A stretch of 54,261 nucleotides of DNA, counting the filler, from Streblomastix strix (Eukaryota): the NCBI GenBank assembly GCA_008636045.1. It is 3 parts of 3 records of this genome, joined end to end, with 100 filler letters (N's around TTAATTAATTAA, not from the genome) between each part and the next. Parts side by side here need not be neighbours in the genome. Positions count along the whole stretch, not along the records: positions 18,127 to 36,149 come from SNRW01000647.1; positions 36,250 to 54,261 come from SNRW01000648.1; 1 more part is not named here. One strand, given 5' to 3'. A model generated the notes under the pieces. It was not told the origin of the DNA. It saw only the letters and a program-made list of their open reading frames with translations, and made no database searches. Positions within the stretch are counted from its first letter, which is position 1. Every line of letters begins with the position of its first letter. The position numbers were made by a program, and so were the translations under genes. Of the stretch, positions 22,720 to 37,559 are shown piece after piece.

Positions 22720-24756
22720 TAAGTGCAAGACTAATTCATTTAATAGAAGCATGGAAGCTCATCAAAGAAGACTTGCTTATTACTAGATGAATTAAAGCGT
22801 ATTGGATCAATGAGTAGGCACCTTCAATCTTAGAGTTTAATAAAACTATCCCAAACCAAAGAAAATCTCACTAGTGCGAATATGCGTTAGGACTGCTGAT
22901 TCAGAAAGAACTATTGGAGGAGATTGTGGAAGAAGTTTCATTTAACTAACTAAAATGGATCAATCCCCGTTCCGCAATTTCGAAGAAAGAGTAAGGGAAA
23001 TGGAGAATGATTATCTATTGTTCTCTTCTTAATCAACATTTACTTTCAACAGATTTTACAATAAAGGACATTCAGAGTCTTATATTACTCTAATGATCTA
23101 AAGATTTGGTAACTAAGATCGTAATAGAGTCCGCGTTTCGATATATTTAAGTTAATACAGAATTCAGACCTTTCCTCAGATTCATCTTCAACAACAAGTT
23201 TTTCCAGTATAAAACTATGTGTTACGGGGTCAGACATACCCACTCATCTTTCATAAGACTCTTCGTCCAGTGATCTAATTCATTAGAAAAGTCCTCCAAG
23301 TTAGAATAATCGCATATTTCGATGATGTCATCATTTTACACCAGAGTTTAAAAGAATTTAACTAAATCAAGCACAAAATAATCAGCTAACTTTCGAATTT
23401 CGGCATCAAAATATCAATGAATAAGTCTGTTCTTATATAACAGATGAAGAAACAATTCCTGGGATGGTCAATCGATTCAAATTTAGACTAACTATCATTG
23501 ACAATAATTAGACAAATAAAAATGAAATAGATGTTAGGTAGATGGAGAAGGATCGCAGTTAACCAACGGATGGTAAAAGTAAGAATCTAGGCGAATTTCA
23601 TAGAGTACTTGAACTTCCTGAGGCTCCAATTAAAGAGATGAGGTTTTCATCTGAAGAAATTGAACAAGATTAAATCTAAAGTTGAACTATAAAAGGATGA
23701 AATGCATTAATATCTCTGAATATATAAGTCTTTAAAGTAATCTTCTAGTGGTATTGAATTGTAACGAGAAATAGACATGCTCAAGCAACAATAATTCAAT
23801 CTCAAGGGATCCAAGTGACAGATACGAGTTAGACCTATTGTGGTGCAACGATGAAGCTGTTCTATAATGCACAAGAAGTATGATTTTGGGGCAAATGGAG
23901 TCAAAATTGGCATTTACAAAGTAGAAATTTGAGAGAAGAAGCAGCTATTCCTTGCGCAATTCGCCGTTCCGAGACATTCTTAAAAGAAAAATAAATCAAA
24001 TCACTTAAATTAGAGACAGATAATACATCAACAGCACACAACATCAATCAAGAATCAGACGCAGTACCTCTCACACAGTTGGTGGACAGAACTCTAGACG
24101 TAAATGAGAACTCTTATCTGTAACTTCATTTATTCCAAATTACAGGAGATTCAAACTAGACCCCGGACTCATCTTCAAGATTAGTAAGCTCCGAAGATTA
24201 TTAATTACACAAAGAGGTCTTCGAGGAAACAATTCGAGTGTTGAAGGCTTATACATAAATCGATATGTTCGCGAATAGACCGAATAGGAAGCTTAAATGA
24301 TTCGTTAACATCATAGCGGACAGTTGGATAGTGATACAAGATTGTCTGTCACTCCCATGGATGGGAGAGCTACCATACTTCCATCCTCCGATTCCACTGA
24401 TCCAAGCAACTCTCAACAAAGTAAGAGAAGAGAATGTTCAAGCAATGAAGTTAGTACCTAATTGGCTGTCCAAACCTTGATGGTCGAGTTTGACTAAGAC
24501 AGCATCAAGATATGTCAATTTAGGAAAGAAGGCTGACTTTCTGAAGACGCGCGGTCGAATGAACATAGTAAAAATGAATCTTCCTTCAGGTGAATTACTC
24601 GCAGTTAGGCTAGAGATGATCGAGAATAAGAGTTATTTTAATGGATCTTGTCGAAAAGATAGTTCACAGAAGTTGCAACAGAGCAAGTTATTGAGGGATG
24701 GCATAGTATCTGGAGCAGACATCGATAAAGAATAGGTGAATTTGAAGAGTGTTTGA
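22720..24756 (+). pseudogene. DIRS reverse transcriptase / RNase H / adenine methyltransferase
   Basis: GKWRMI, IIAYFDDVII (RT); VTDTS and LETDN (RNase H); IDMFANRPN and YFHPPIPLI...VPNW (MT). Many stops and frameshifts. Confidence 0.88.
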
Positions 24757-25587
24757 CCAAATCGGGGAAATTTTTGGAAAATCTAACAATAGTGAAAGAT
24801 ACAGAAACTATGAATCCCAACTTTATTGCTCAATAAATTTCAGCTCATGCAACAAATATTGATTCAAACGCGTGTAGAACTGCAATTAGAACGTTGTTCA
24901 GGGTCTAATGCTTCCAAGAAGATAGAACTAATGGATTCGCACTCAAGTAAATAATGAAAAAACCTGTCGCCGCATGCATAAAGAAAAGAAGAGAAGAACT
25001 AATATTAAGTTAGATATTCTTCTAAACCATATTCAAGAAAGAGCTGATATTATGCGAAAACTGAGCGAATAGGAGCATCTTGGATGAACAAAATCTTCGA
25101 TTATGACCTTCTTTACTCTGTGATTAGCTGAGATTCATAGAGTATCAATAGATTAATTTGCGGATAATGTTTGGTAGCTAAGCACATCTATCTGTAAATG
25201 TGATAATTATGACTTAACAGTAACATTTAGACCTCTATTTAATCCGAAAATATACCCAACATCTTGGCTTAGCAGTCAGATCGCGTTAAGAAATGAAGAG
25301 GATCGAAACAAACCTCTATGGTTGCGACCTAAAAATAATAAAGTTTCTTCCAATGAGATACCTTTTTAAAGTTACATATATAATCATGGAAGTATCTGGA
25401 GTATTGATGGGAAATTCGGTCACATTAATACGTATATCTTTAATAACTTAAAAATAACGATTAGGGAGTAACAATCCAAGAGATCAACAAGGGATCTAGT
25501 CTTAAAGATGGACCTAGCACAGTAGCAGTACATTATGATATGATATTAAATGATACCATAAGATTGACAATAATAAACTTTGAATGA
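24612..25587 (+). pseudogene. DIRS tyrosine recombinase
   Basis: Overlaps the MT ORF in another frame. IMTFFTL*LAEIHR (catalytic Arg position now TGA), SVTLIR, STVAVHYDM. Confidence 0.75.
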
Positions 25588-25589
25588 TA

Positions 25590-25691
25590 TTACAGTTTCA
25601 CAGTAAAAATGTAGTCCAGATTAAGTGGATGCTAGATAATTTCGTAATGAAATGTAGAGGTTATTGTAGCTATCCACGTATCTGGAATACT
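25590..25691. repeat. DIRS internal complementary region (ICR)
   Basis: ~25590-25664 is the reverse complement of ~20352-20425; 25663-25691 is the reverse complement of 26143-26171 (one mismatch). Confidence 0.9.
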
Positions 25692-27642
25692 ACATTTTTC
25701 TCTCCCATGAACTTCATCCTCCTTCAATATATATATCTATTTGCAGAAGAGTTTAGTTCATTCCCTCACTATGGTGTATTTTTATTTGTAGTATTTTAGT
25801 TGATTTTTGTTTTTTACTTTAATATTTGATAAAAAGTGGTTCACATTTTTACATTATCTACTATTATTTTCTCATTTATTTATTCATTTAACTCATTTAA
25901 AGTCACTCAACAATTATAAATTTGAGATATTAACTTTTATTCTAAAACAATATTTTAACCTGTCTACTTTTTGAATGCACTAACTAGATAAAAATGTAAC
26001 TAACTGTATTTGTTTATTACGTTTAAAGATAAATTTAAAATTGATTATATTTAACTTAATGTTATGTTTAACATTTCATAAATATTTTGGGTTTCGTAGA
26101 TTGGACTCGTAACCTTAGGTTTTAGTCTCACAATAAAAAGGCAGTATTCCAGATACGTGGATAGCTGCAATGATTATAAGTCCTGAAATGAGTATTAAAT
26201 AATAATTATTAAATGAATAATATAAAATATAAAATTTTAACTATTATTAAAATTAAACTGAAATATTTTGTTAATACATTATATATAAATTTTACTATTT
26301 ATAAAATATTATTAAAAAACATATGTTATTAGTTGAGCTAACGTGATGGCGCCGCTAGAGCTAGATTTTTATGAAAATACTTCTGTGATTGTTTTTCAGA
26401 TTTTATTACATAAATTTTGTATATATATATCAATTCAATATTAAGAACAAAATAATTTAGAATTAACGAATTCTTCTATATTACGTACACCATAAATACA
26501 TTAAACCCCCAAAAAAATTAACAAGCTTCATTATAACAACTAATCATTAACCATCAACTGTCAACAAATGAAATAAAAAAAGAACATTAAAGTTATGCAA
26601 ATTTAAGTTTTTTTTACATAAACAATCTCAATTTTGCATTCAAATGTTTGATTTCTGTGTTTGTGAATAAAAAGTTTATGTTCATAATAATCTTCAACAT
26701 TTTCCATTATCAAATAGTTGATTATTAATCACTCAACATCAACAGTTCATCATAACAACAAAAATGATCTCCAATTCCATTATCGCAACTCTCTTCCTAA
26801 CTGGGTAGACCATTAGTATTCATAGAGTTTATGTAGGATATAGAATATAATGAGATATGAAATATGGAATATTCAATACTGAAATATTGAGACAGATAAC
26901 ATCCAAAACAAACTCCATTCGCTCCATAATTACCATAACCTTAATATTCACCTCAACTAACGCCAGAAGAGATAGTTGGTCAATAAACCGAAGAAGATCC
27001 TTAGATATTAAAAATTAATTACTGAATAATAAACTGTTTCGGCTTTGAAGGCTGGAAAAAGTAAGAAGTAATAAATTATTACTATTTTTAGAAAATAAAA
27101 TAAAAACTCGAGTTAAAATAGTTGATTGAGAATAACTAAATAGCGATTATTGATTTAAATTAAAAATGCGTTTAAAATAATTAAAATTTAAATAAAATAA
27201 TATCATTTCATATATATTTGAAGAAAAACTCTAATAATTTCAAAAGTGGATTATTTCGTTCTCAACGTGTTATAACTTCATGTAATCCATGAATTTTGTA
27301 ATAATGAATAATTTCAAATGCTTATTTGGTAAATAATCTATTTAAACAAGTTGTAGTCAATAACTGCAAAATTTCTATAAAAAAATGAATATCTCATTAT
27401 TCTAATTGAATAATTACAATATCAAATCAATTATGCCTCTAATAAAATCAACTTATGCTATTTTAATTGTTATAATTATCATATTTACTTATAATTGATG
27501 ATTATTTAATGATAAAATAATCTTCGTTTAATTCAATCTCATTCAAGTTAATATAATGAAATTGATACAAATTTACCTCTAATAAATTTTTGTTATTAAT
27601 ATTTTTTATCTTTCTTAATATTTTATAATCAGAATCTCTTCA

Positions 27643-28670
27643 ATGGAAGTTCCAAGTGAATATAACATTATTGGCGGATTACTTGGTCTCGGACCAGACA
27701 TATTGTTAGAGATTCTTTAAAATTAAGGCTAATTCCAAATGCTGTATAGTTCCTGGGTGTTTGCAGTAAGACGCACCAATTAATGAATCATTAACGATTT
27801 ATGAAAATCATCGAAACATTGAGTATAAATAAAGATTAAAATAATTTATATTTTTATTTTATTCTATTTCATTTAATTCAGGTTATCCTATTGAAATTAT
27901 CAATAAAGATCCTGAAGATGTTGAATTGATTGATATTGATGGAGTTTAGAAAAAGATAAATAAGAAGAAAGATGAATGGAACACAATCTCATTAGTTCAG
28001 GTGCTTGATAATGGGATTTGGACAATAGAAATTATGTTCTTGATTACATTTGGAAGTGATAGTTTGAAATTTTTTTAATTTTTTTTATATATATTCTTAT
28101 TATTTTCTTATTCAGTCATTGGCATTGTTCGTGATTCATATGATATTCCTGCAAAAGCCAATTGCTGCGCAAAACCTCGTTTGTTTATCGATTTTTTGTT
28201 ATTTATTGGATTTATTATCTTTATTTTATTTAGATACTGATCATATTGCCGCTTTCTATGGAAGGTTTGAAAATAAATAAATTATTTATACAATAAAATA
28301 TAATTTATTAAATCTTTTTAATAATTAGAAATAGGGCTTATACTGTTTGGTATAAAGATAAAGGAACAGAAGGCAACGCTGGATTTGATGACAATCAGAT
28401 CTTGAGACTTGAATTTGATTCATTTAAAGGAACATTGATCTTATTCATAGACAATGTTCAACAACCAGTCTACTTTTCTGAAATCAAAGAGAAAGTGCGA
28501 TTTATTGTATGAAATCTTAATTTTATTTATTAAACAATGTATTTATTATTATTGATTATTTTAAGATCTACATGAATTTAAGAGGTTAATCTTGTACAAT
28601 TCTATCATTAAAGAAACTCAACATACCAACTTCGAAACATTTAGTGAACGAGTATGCTATTAAATGGTGA
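27643..28670 (+). CDS. Host SPRY/B30.2-like family protein, 5 short GT-AG introns
   Basis: MEVPSEYNIIGGLLGLGPDILLEI...IGIVRDSYDIP...LRLEFDSFKGTLILFIDNVQQPVYF...AIKW*; introns start gtataa/gtttga/gtttgt/gtatga. Confidence 0.8.
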
Positions 28671-29195
28671 AGAGTTCAAACCATATGAATAACAAGTATG
28701 AATCAATTGATTAAATCATGTATTGCTGTCCCTATTTTCATACATTTATTAGTTAATCTCTTTTATTAACTTTCGTGTTTACACATGAGTTTGTTAACAT
28801 CATCGTTCATTATCCAAAAACAGTCAAATAAATCTATAAATAATATATTAAACATGTTATTTTTATTGTTCAATTGTAATTTGCCCTCAATTTTTATTAC
28901 ATTTTAAATAAAGACGTTTTACAAGAAGTCGATTTTAAATTAATTAAAACATATTTGTACTATTAGAATTTGTTTAAATTCATTTATTTATTAGTGGGGT
29001 TTTACAGACTATTATTATTAATCGTTACACTAATTGTAAAATCAAATAAACAAAAACATTTACGTTTTATCTACATTATACCTTGTTAAAATAACATTTA
29101 TTAATGCGCTTCATTCATTATGAACATTTACATATAATTTATACAAAAGAAAACGTTTAATTAATTTATTTATATTGATATTTAATCAATTCAGC

Positions 29196-30193
29196 ATGTT
29201 TGTCATATTTGCACTAATTACTCTCTCGCTCGGGGCTGATTATGAGAATGGCAAATTGTATTTTGAACCTGGCACTGTTGATAAAGACGGGCTTGTAACG
29301 ATCGATATTGGTAACGCAAAGACAACTGCTGACATCAATTTTTTTTTAAAGTGATAAAAATCGAATAATATAAGCTGCACGGTAAAGGAACAGAAGTTGA
29401 AGATGCTAAATTCTTGCCAGTAGCAAGTAATGAAACTGAATTCAATAGCCTGATGACTATAGATGCTCCTTACGGTGACTCTTTTGTCTGTGCTGTAATT
29501 AATTAAGCTTTTTCAACTAACTTACACGGACTTTTAGGATTCAAAGTCAAAGCGACAGCGAAAGCGAACATTGCACCAAGTGCCACGTGGTTGTTAGCCA
29601 ATGGTCCAACCGGAATTGAATATGTCAAGGATGGCAAAGAAGTTCCTGCAGAATTACAATCCGAGTTCAAGAATTCGTCAATATCATCTTCTTGTATTGG
29701 AGAATCAATAGTATATGCTACATACACAATCAACAAAGGAGGGATAGTTGATTCATCATGCATTCCTAACACAAAATAACCAGAGGATATTACTCAGTGT
29801 GATGATAAGAGTGTGCCTTTGGTGTATCTTAAATAATCAGCTATAGGACGCTTCTATAAATCAGATGCAGCAACAGTGAAACAGTTGTTGTTAAGATTTG
29901 GTGTTGTACAGATCAAAGAGCGACTGATAATTGGATGGGAAGGTAGTAACTGGATATATGCAGATAGAGGAACAGATAAATATTCATGGAGCACATTGGC
30001 TATTGATTCAACAAATACAAACTTCGAAGGAAGAGTCATTGTTGCTGAAAGTGATGAGTTGATTGACTGTTTAATTACACCGAATGATCCATTTTGTGTC
30101 AGTGAGATGGAGGACTAAACAGGGATTGTTAGAGCTGCTTTTTGTCTGATTGCGGGGGCTTTGATACTGCCAGCTCTGATTCTTTTATTATGA
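29196..30193 (+). CDS. Host secreted, probably GPI-anchored surface protein (~330 aa; one frameshift in a poly-T at ~29340)
   Basis: Signal-like MFVIFALITLSLGA; C-terminal GIVRAAFCLIAGALILPALILLL*. Confidence 0.75.
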
Positions 30194-30707
30194 GAGAGTA
30201 AACATGGATTTAAATGGATTGTACTTGGTTAGTCGGTTTTTTTGAGCATTATTCCAAGATTTTTTTTAACTGAGTAAAATTTTCACTTTATTTGCAATTT
30301 GCCAATGCAAAATTTACATATCTAAATAAAACTTGATAATTTTAAAATGAATATTTATTGATTATTTATTTTATGAATACAGCGAACTGAGTAATCTATT
30401 CTGTATAAATAAGATATATTTAAATAAACATACATGAAATAATCTTAAATATTTTATTTTAAATATTTTCCATACATAACTTAACGAGCAAATTCAATTT
30501 CTTATGTTTCTGCATGATTTCTCTATTTAATTAATTAGCTTCTATATATTTCAAATAATTTATTTATTTGACAATTTAAATAAAAATTATTTTCACCCAA
30601 ATATAGATTCAAATTCAACAAATAACTAATCAAAGAAAATTCTTAAAAAAATAAAACGCTTAGCCTGTTCCAAAGTTTAAATTTATTTGTTTTGTAGTTG
30701 TTATATC

Positions 30708-33700
30708 ATGACGCAGGAAAAGGATGAACTTGAACATGATGGCGATGATGACGATGTGGAGTTGAGCGCGAAAGACCTTGGGCAATTTGAAGTTTTTATT
30801 GCCAGAGTACTTAGTCCACTATACAACTAGGTTTTTACTTTATTTTTACAAAAAATTCATACATATTATTTGTTGTCTTTACATTACATATTATATCTTT
30901 ATAATTTAGAGCAAGAACCTAACAAATTAGTAAAGTATAATAGTCTGGGGAATGATAACATTGTAACTCATAACTCTGTCTGTATATCGTGTTGTAGGTC
31001 CCAGTCCAGACCCTTCTCGAATAACATACTATCCAGGAATTACACAGACATCACGCGTATTCTTTCGTGCATTAGGATATATAGACGGATCTTAATGGGG
31101 GTTTCTGGCTGGAAATTACATCTCATTTGCTGCTTTTGGATCTCTTTTTATATTATTACTATGTATTTGCATTCTTGGAGGATTCAGTATCTATCTTGAG
31201 CGGTTGCAGATGTCGAACAAAGGATTAATATCACTCAACCGCATAATATTCAACTTAATGCTGCCTATATTATTCATCATATTCATCAATATTGGAATAT
31301 CCAACTTTGACTGTTTTTGCAAAGACGGAGAAAGCTAGATCTCGTATCTGCTTGGTGGGACTGCGCAGTGTTTCAAAGGCAACACACTTCAGATTGGAGG
31401 AGCAGTAGCTGGAATTAGTGTATGTGTGATATTCCTTATGATGCAGATTCCGCTTAATTTGTTCCTGTTCGACAACAACTACAAACGCGGAGGCCATTTC
31501 TCAACATATTCTGGATCATCATCAGCAGTTGAGTATATTATTCTATTCGGGCTTGTGTTTGCACAGCGAGAATTGGTGAACTGGTATTTCTGGAGGGGTT
31601 TAGTCACTATTGGAACAGCAACACTTATGGCAGCATTTTATATATTATATCAACCATACTACAGAAACACTGGTAATATTCTGATTGCATCTCGATATTG
31701 TATATATGGAACAGTTCGTCTTTTCATGGAGATTGCATATGCTGTTGAAAGATCAGTTATGAGCAAAGTTGATAGTGCAGAAAGATTGTATGAAGCTCCA
31801 AAAGGTCACTGGATTGATATTTTTGTATATGTGATGTTTGGTCTGGGTATTTTAGCTGGTATTATTGAATCAGTGCTGTGCAGTGTATTTATCAAATGGT
31901 TGAATAAGAAAAGATGGATCCTTGATAAAGAAAACAAGTTCTACGAACTTCCTTACTAATAAAACACTGCAATTGAACAGAAATAGGATGAATCTAAATT
32001 GATTACAATAGATCTTTTCTAAGATATCTGGATGATTGAAAGAAGAATGAGATTTCTACTATAGAAAGATCTACGAGAATTATAATACGTATTCTACGCC
32101 AACTTCTGCTTCAACATTGCGCAACATCTGCATAAAGATGATCCAGTATTATTATTCCATTATGCAACTTTCTTGAAACAAATAGCTAAATAACCACAAG
32201 CAGCATCAGATGTTATTATTCGATGTCGAATCTTGAGACCTCCAATTGCATTAAGAGTTGTTCTAGCATCACAAGTCCTTGAATAATAAAGAGAAAGGAT
32301 GTTGAAGAACAAATTAAAAGCAACTCTTCTTCGTAGAACACTAACAGCACTAGAATAAAGAAGATTAGATAATGCTGAGGATAATCTAGAAGAAGCTCTT
32401 GGCGATATGAGAATGTTCTGGGAAGGACTTCTGAGGCCATAACCTGACTTATGGGAGTTGCAGATACATCTGGAGCATATCGCTGATCTAACTACTAAGA
32501 CATAGGATATATACATACAGTTATTGGAGACATGTGTCAATAATCCAACAGTGCTTCGTAGTTATTCTCTTTTCTCAGGATAATTACTCCGTGATGAGAC
32601 TGAAGCTTTGATATCTAAAGAGAGAGCATAAGCTATAGAAAGGGAATTCAAGAAGATGATCATCACACATCAGTATCAGAAGACATAATATGATGTTGAC
32701 TTTGACTTATAAAGAGAAAGGAGTAACACTTCAGCATCGAAGTTCAGTGATTAAGAAGTGACTGATCGATTAACATAGTACTCATTTCATAGCAGAGGAA
32801 GCCCACTTTCATAGAATTATTCAGCTTCTGTTGGACAGTTAGACAAGAATGAATAGCTGCAGTAATAATAACAGTAATAATAAACACCAACAACACTGTC
32901 TAAATAATCATCAACATATCAACTACTCAAATTATAGAAGAAAAGAGAACTGAAGAAAAAAAGAGAAAAAGACAGAAAACTTCAGAATTAGTCACTTATT
33001 CTTAAAAAAAGTGGACAAATTGACACTAAAAATACAGACAACACAATTATTGTTCAAGGCTAAGGAACAGCACAACTTATATCTAATTCGAATCTGATAG
33101 TTGGTACTCACTCAGGATTACAACATGTATAAGGTTTTGTTACACAGTTCGTGTGTTTCTTAGCATTAATTGTAGTCGGTGAAGTTATGATGCAACTTGA
33201 AGTCAACGCTTATATGAACTCGCTTGATTCTCTATTCACATTATGTAACTTAGGATACTTCACAAGCAAACTGAGTTGTACTGCAATCGATCTTTTTCTT
33301 CACGAATAAAAAAACTGGGATCCAAAACTTTTCAATGAAGGAGATATCAACATTGCATTGACACCCGTCCCTGCAATCTTAGAATCACTGAACAAAACAG
33401 CGAATTCAATTGAGAAGATATCAAAGAGGATTTACAGCAAAGGTGGATCAATAGCTGAGAATTGGGAGAAGATGGATATTGATATGTTGTTCATGAATTG
33501 GGATTAGGATCTGTTGTAGATTGGAGATAGAACTATTAGAGTGATGTCTTTGCTTGGTGTTGAGACTGCTCTAGTATAGTAGGTTAGAATAATCACTTCA
33601 GAAGCGAATAAAAATAGGGAACTTTGGCCTTAAATATTGACGAATTAAAAAGCAAATAATGATAATTAAACACTTGATAATAATTAGATGGACTTAAAAT

Positions 33701-36149
33701 TATAATAAAGCATTAACAGTAACTCTAACTTTCATAATCAATCATCATAATCCTAATTCAATGCAGTTATTGCACCACTTTCATCAATAGGTTTCTATGA
33801 AGCATTATTATTCTTATTGATCAATCCACTACAACCTGTATTTGAAGGAACTAAAAGAGCCATGGTTGTCATGTAAGAAAGCTGTGAATCATGGAAAATA
33901 GCAGTCATATATTCATATCCAGCCCTAATATCACTGTTTGCTATGTGCATAACAGTTGGTGCTATTCTAACAGAGACTACACTACTGAAATTCACAGAGA
34001 ATTAAAGGATCAAAGCATTCAAGAATATCTGCAACCTCCCAAGTAATGATGTCAGATCTGAACTGAGGAAGTGCATAGTCTCAATTATGAATGTTGGAGT
34101 GACACCAGAAGAGAAAGAATAAGACAAAGAAAGAGAAGATGAATTGAACAAGATGAGAGATGAACTTGAATTCAAAGAGGAATAGATGAGCTCTTTTTTA
34201 AAAGAGAAAGAAAAAGAAAATCAGAGTTTTAAAGATAATTAAAATTTATAAGAGAAAGAAACTGATCGATTGTCTTTGTATTAATCTGGAAGCAGGAAGA
34301 AATTAGCTGCTTAATCTGCCACTTCTTTGAATGATCGTACAGATCGAGAATTAATAAATGATAAGAATTAAGATAAAAACATCACACATAAAGTTTCAGA
34401 TTCAAAAGATTAGCACAACAAACTATTCACATATACAGAATTGCATCCATAGAAACATGCTAGTAGTGAAGTATCATATGCACAAACACTCAGACTTCTG
34501 AAAAAAAATATAAACAAACTCAAATCTACGAAATAAGGCAAATAAAAGAAGAAACGTGTTCCTGTTGAATAGAGACATTTTTTTGATATTGGATGGCAAT
34601 AGCAATTAGATGCACATATTGAAAGACTTGCCAATCTGTACTAATCAATCCCACTTTAGATATAATATACAGTTTTTAAGATCCTGACAATAAACTTGTT
34701 GATCATGGATGCAATGTTTATCTTGATCATCGTATTATTTGTCATATATCAATACAGATTCACAGACGCACATGCTAATATTGTGATGTCAGGTATATAT
34801 CAATCGCTTCTTATGATGGTGAAGTTTGTATCTGGAAGAATGATCGCTCCAAGTTCTAAGATTGAACCTGCACAAGATTTAGAATTCAGTATAAGCACAA
34901 ATGCATGTTTTAGGAACCTTGAGCATATGTCATCAAACACAACTAAATTGATGGAGTTATTAGGTTGCTTGGGTGAATATGCAGTATCAGTTGCACATCG
35001 AGGATATTTTGAATCTAAATAAATTACACCTAAACATGGATATGATGAAATAACAGATGAAGATGATGAAGCTAAGATGTCGTATGATAGTTTTATTGAC
35101 AGCATCAAGACTGGAAGGATGAATTAGAAACTTCTGAGTAATGCACTTCTTCAAGGAACAAGCTGCTTAGGGAGAGAATTTGTAGATCAAGATGAAGATT
35201 CAACATTTAAAAGCTCCAATAAATTAAAAAAGAATAGCAAAAATAAACTTAAGAATGAAATTGAAGAAGATTTTGATTATGAAGATGAAATATAGATGTG
35301 TTCACTTCCAATATACCAACGTGTATTTCGAAAGGAAGAAGGATATCTATATGGAATACTTGGCCTTGAATCGAGACTACTTCATAATATTAGACTTCTA
35401 TCTAAACTTTATCTGGATGAACACGCCATGTAAAAGATACATAAGATAGAATCGTAATATAGTTCAGAAGGATATTACTCTAATATGCAACCCGAATCAA
35501 AATATATACAAAGTGTACTTCATTATGATTTAGCTGTTGGTGGTAATGCATTGGGTCACAAATAGATGAATGATGCAGAACAATTAGTTCAGGATTTGAA
35601 GGATATAATATTAGTGTTATCAATTGTCTGTACTTTTGCAGAAATAATCCTCTGTATTGTATGTGCAATTGCACATCTGATGGTTTATAGGAAGATAAGT
35701 GTACAGACTTTCTCGCTAGTGATCTTATATGAATCAATCCTTCAGAGTGATGAATAAGAGTTGGAAGAACTGAGAAGATTTGAGTTAGAGTAATATGACA
35801 TTAAATAATAAGAACTACAACAATCAATGAAAAAACCTGATCCAAACATGAAACAATATGAATTCTCAGAAGCGCTTCCAATCTCATTTGCACAACAGAG
35901 TGTTTCAGATACTTTCAATAATCTAGCAATATGGACATCAGCATCTCCGAAATTCAGAGAAGTGATGGTAACAAATGTGAATTGGCTCGATGAGGGAAGA
36001 ATGCACATTGCTGATGCAGCTAATAATGTAACTGAATCATTAACAAGAGGTGATGACATGAAATCAGTTCTGAAGACATTTGAACTTCTGATAAATGGAG
36101 CTAAGTAGTTCTTCAACAAAGAAGAAATTGCTTCTGAGAATCTGATTAA
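30708..36149 (+). CDS. Host TmcB/TmcC-like multi-pass membrane protein with TPR-like region and hemerythrin-like tail; intron 30831-30909; cut by contig end
   Basis: Long frame open with TAR=Gln, N-terminal TM cluster, YATFL and FWEGLL...NPTVLRSYSLF segments, further TM blocks. Confidence 0.75.
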
Positions 36150-36249
36150 NNNNNNNNNNNNNNNNNNNNNNNNNNNNNNNNNNNNNNNNNNNNTTAATTA
36201 ATTAANNNNNNNNNNNNNNNNNNNNNNNNNNNNNNNNNNNNNNNNNNNN
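36150..36249. other. Artificial contig linker (Ns + TTAATTAATTAA)
   Basis: Same 100-nt design as 18027-18126. Confidence 0.97.
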
Positions 36250-37110
36250 GCTATATTAGCAGGATCAACTAAAGAGAAATTCTATAAGCTAATAATTAAT
36301 TCATCATATGGATATGACACTCTAAACACAGAGAAATTTGGAAAGATAAAGATGCTAGATAAAGCTGGTACTTTCATTGCATAGCATCACCCTAATCACA
36401 TGGGTACCAGACGGATTAGTGCTAATACATTTGCAGTATAAATTAAACCTAAGACAGCTACTTGCTTCAAATCAATTCAATCAGGAGTTTTTACCTTAGA
36501 TAATGCAAAATATTGGTATCTCAATTACATATATAACTTCATGTATAAATGTCTAGATCGTAAACGATTTCATTTTGTTCTTGTAGATACTGATTCAATC
36601 TATATCGCAATAGCAGGTGATCCAAATAAAGACTGTCATTAATAATTTGAATCAATAGTCACAGATAAACAGTTATATGACTAACATGTTTACTAATATT
36701 TACCTGATCCTAATAAAGACATCTATGATTACAAAAAGATACTTGGATTTGGTATTGAAAATGAAGGATATGAACTTACATCATTAGGACCTAAGTGCTA
36801 TTCAATGATTGTGAATAAATGGAATAAAGAAAAATAACAATATGAATTTAAACCAAAAATAACATCAAAAGGAATAAGTAAGACATAAGACATATCTCAT
36901 AGTGATTACGTCAATGCAATTAATAAGGATATAGTGAAGAAAGGTATTAATGGAACATTAAAGGTATACGATAATGTTATGAGTAGCATTCAAGTTGAAA
37001 AATATGCGCTAACTGGGTTCAATAATAAGTCAATAGTACTTAGGTATTAATGTTGCTGTCCTTATATTAAAGGATTGACAGCAAAGGATTATGTTATCAA
37101 AGATTAATTA
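36250..37110 (+). CDS. pPolB C-terminal part (family B), 5' cut by contig start; 3' end approximate
   Basis: KLIINSSYGYD (motif B), VLVDTDS (motif C), LGPKCYS, NNKSIVL..QCCCPYI. Confidence 0.92.
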
Positions 37111-37137
37111 ATTTATTATTTTTTATTTTAATCTAAA

Positions 37138-37503
37138 ATGGAAACCGTATAGCAATATCTAACTCAAATTGATGCAAACAAAAAATAGATTAATTGGCTG
37201 ATAAATCTATAATCATAAATAATATAACCTGAGAATTAAATGAAATAATCTAAATAGAAACCAAATCATATTAGTGATCAAAAAAATAACCCCTTCTGTG
37301 GCATTAAAGTTATTGACAACAGTGCTAACACTTTCATTGAAATGAGAAGAATACTTAAAAATAGTATATAAAATGAATTACATAGGATTAATTGTAATAA
37401 CACTAGTAATAACATATTACATAACGCATTAATGGAATACGATGAAATTAGATATAATTATTAGTAATAATTAGAAGATCTACTTGACAATATAGATGAT
37501 TGA
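37138..37503 (+). CDS. 121-aa hypothetical element protein
   Basis: TAAAATG start, open with TAR=Gln, TGA stop. Confidence 0.55.
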
Positions 37504-37559
37504 TTGTTTATACTCTTTGAGTCTAAGAATCTTTGATTATTATTTTTTGCATTAATGAA

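Larger units (their letters stand above)
20351..26171 (+). mobile_element. DIRS1-type tyrosine-recombinase retrotransposon, degenerate but apparently full length
   Basis: gag-like, RT/RNaseH/MT and YR ORFs. ITR match 20407-20423 vs 26125-26141. ICR at ~25590-25691 is complementary to both ends. Confidence 0.9.

Noticed and set aside
26640..27060. P/Q-rich coding-like stretch
   Set aside because: No clear start, interrupted by TGA, no recognisable domain.
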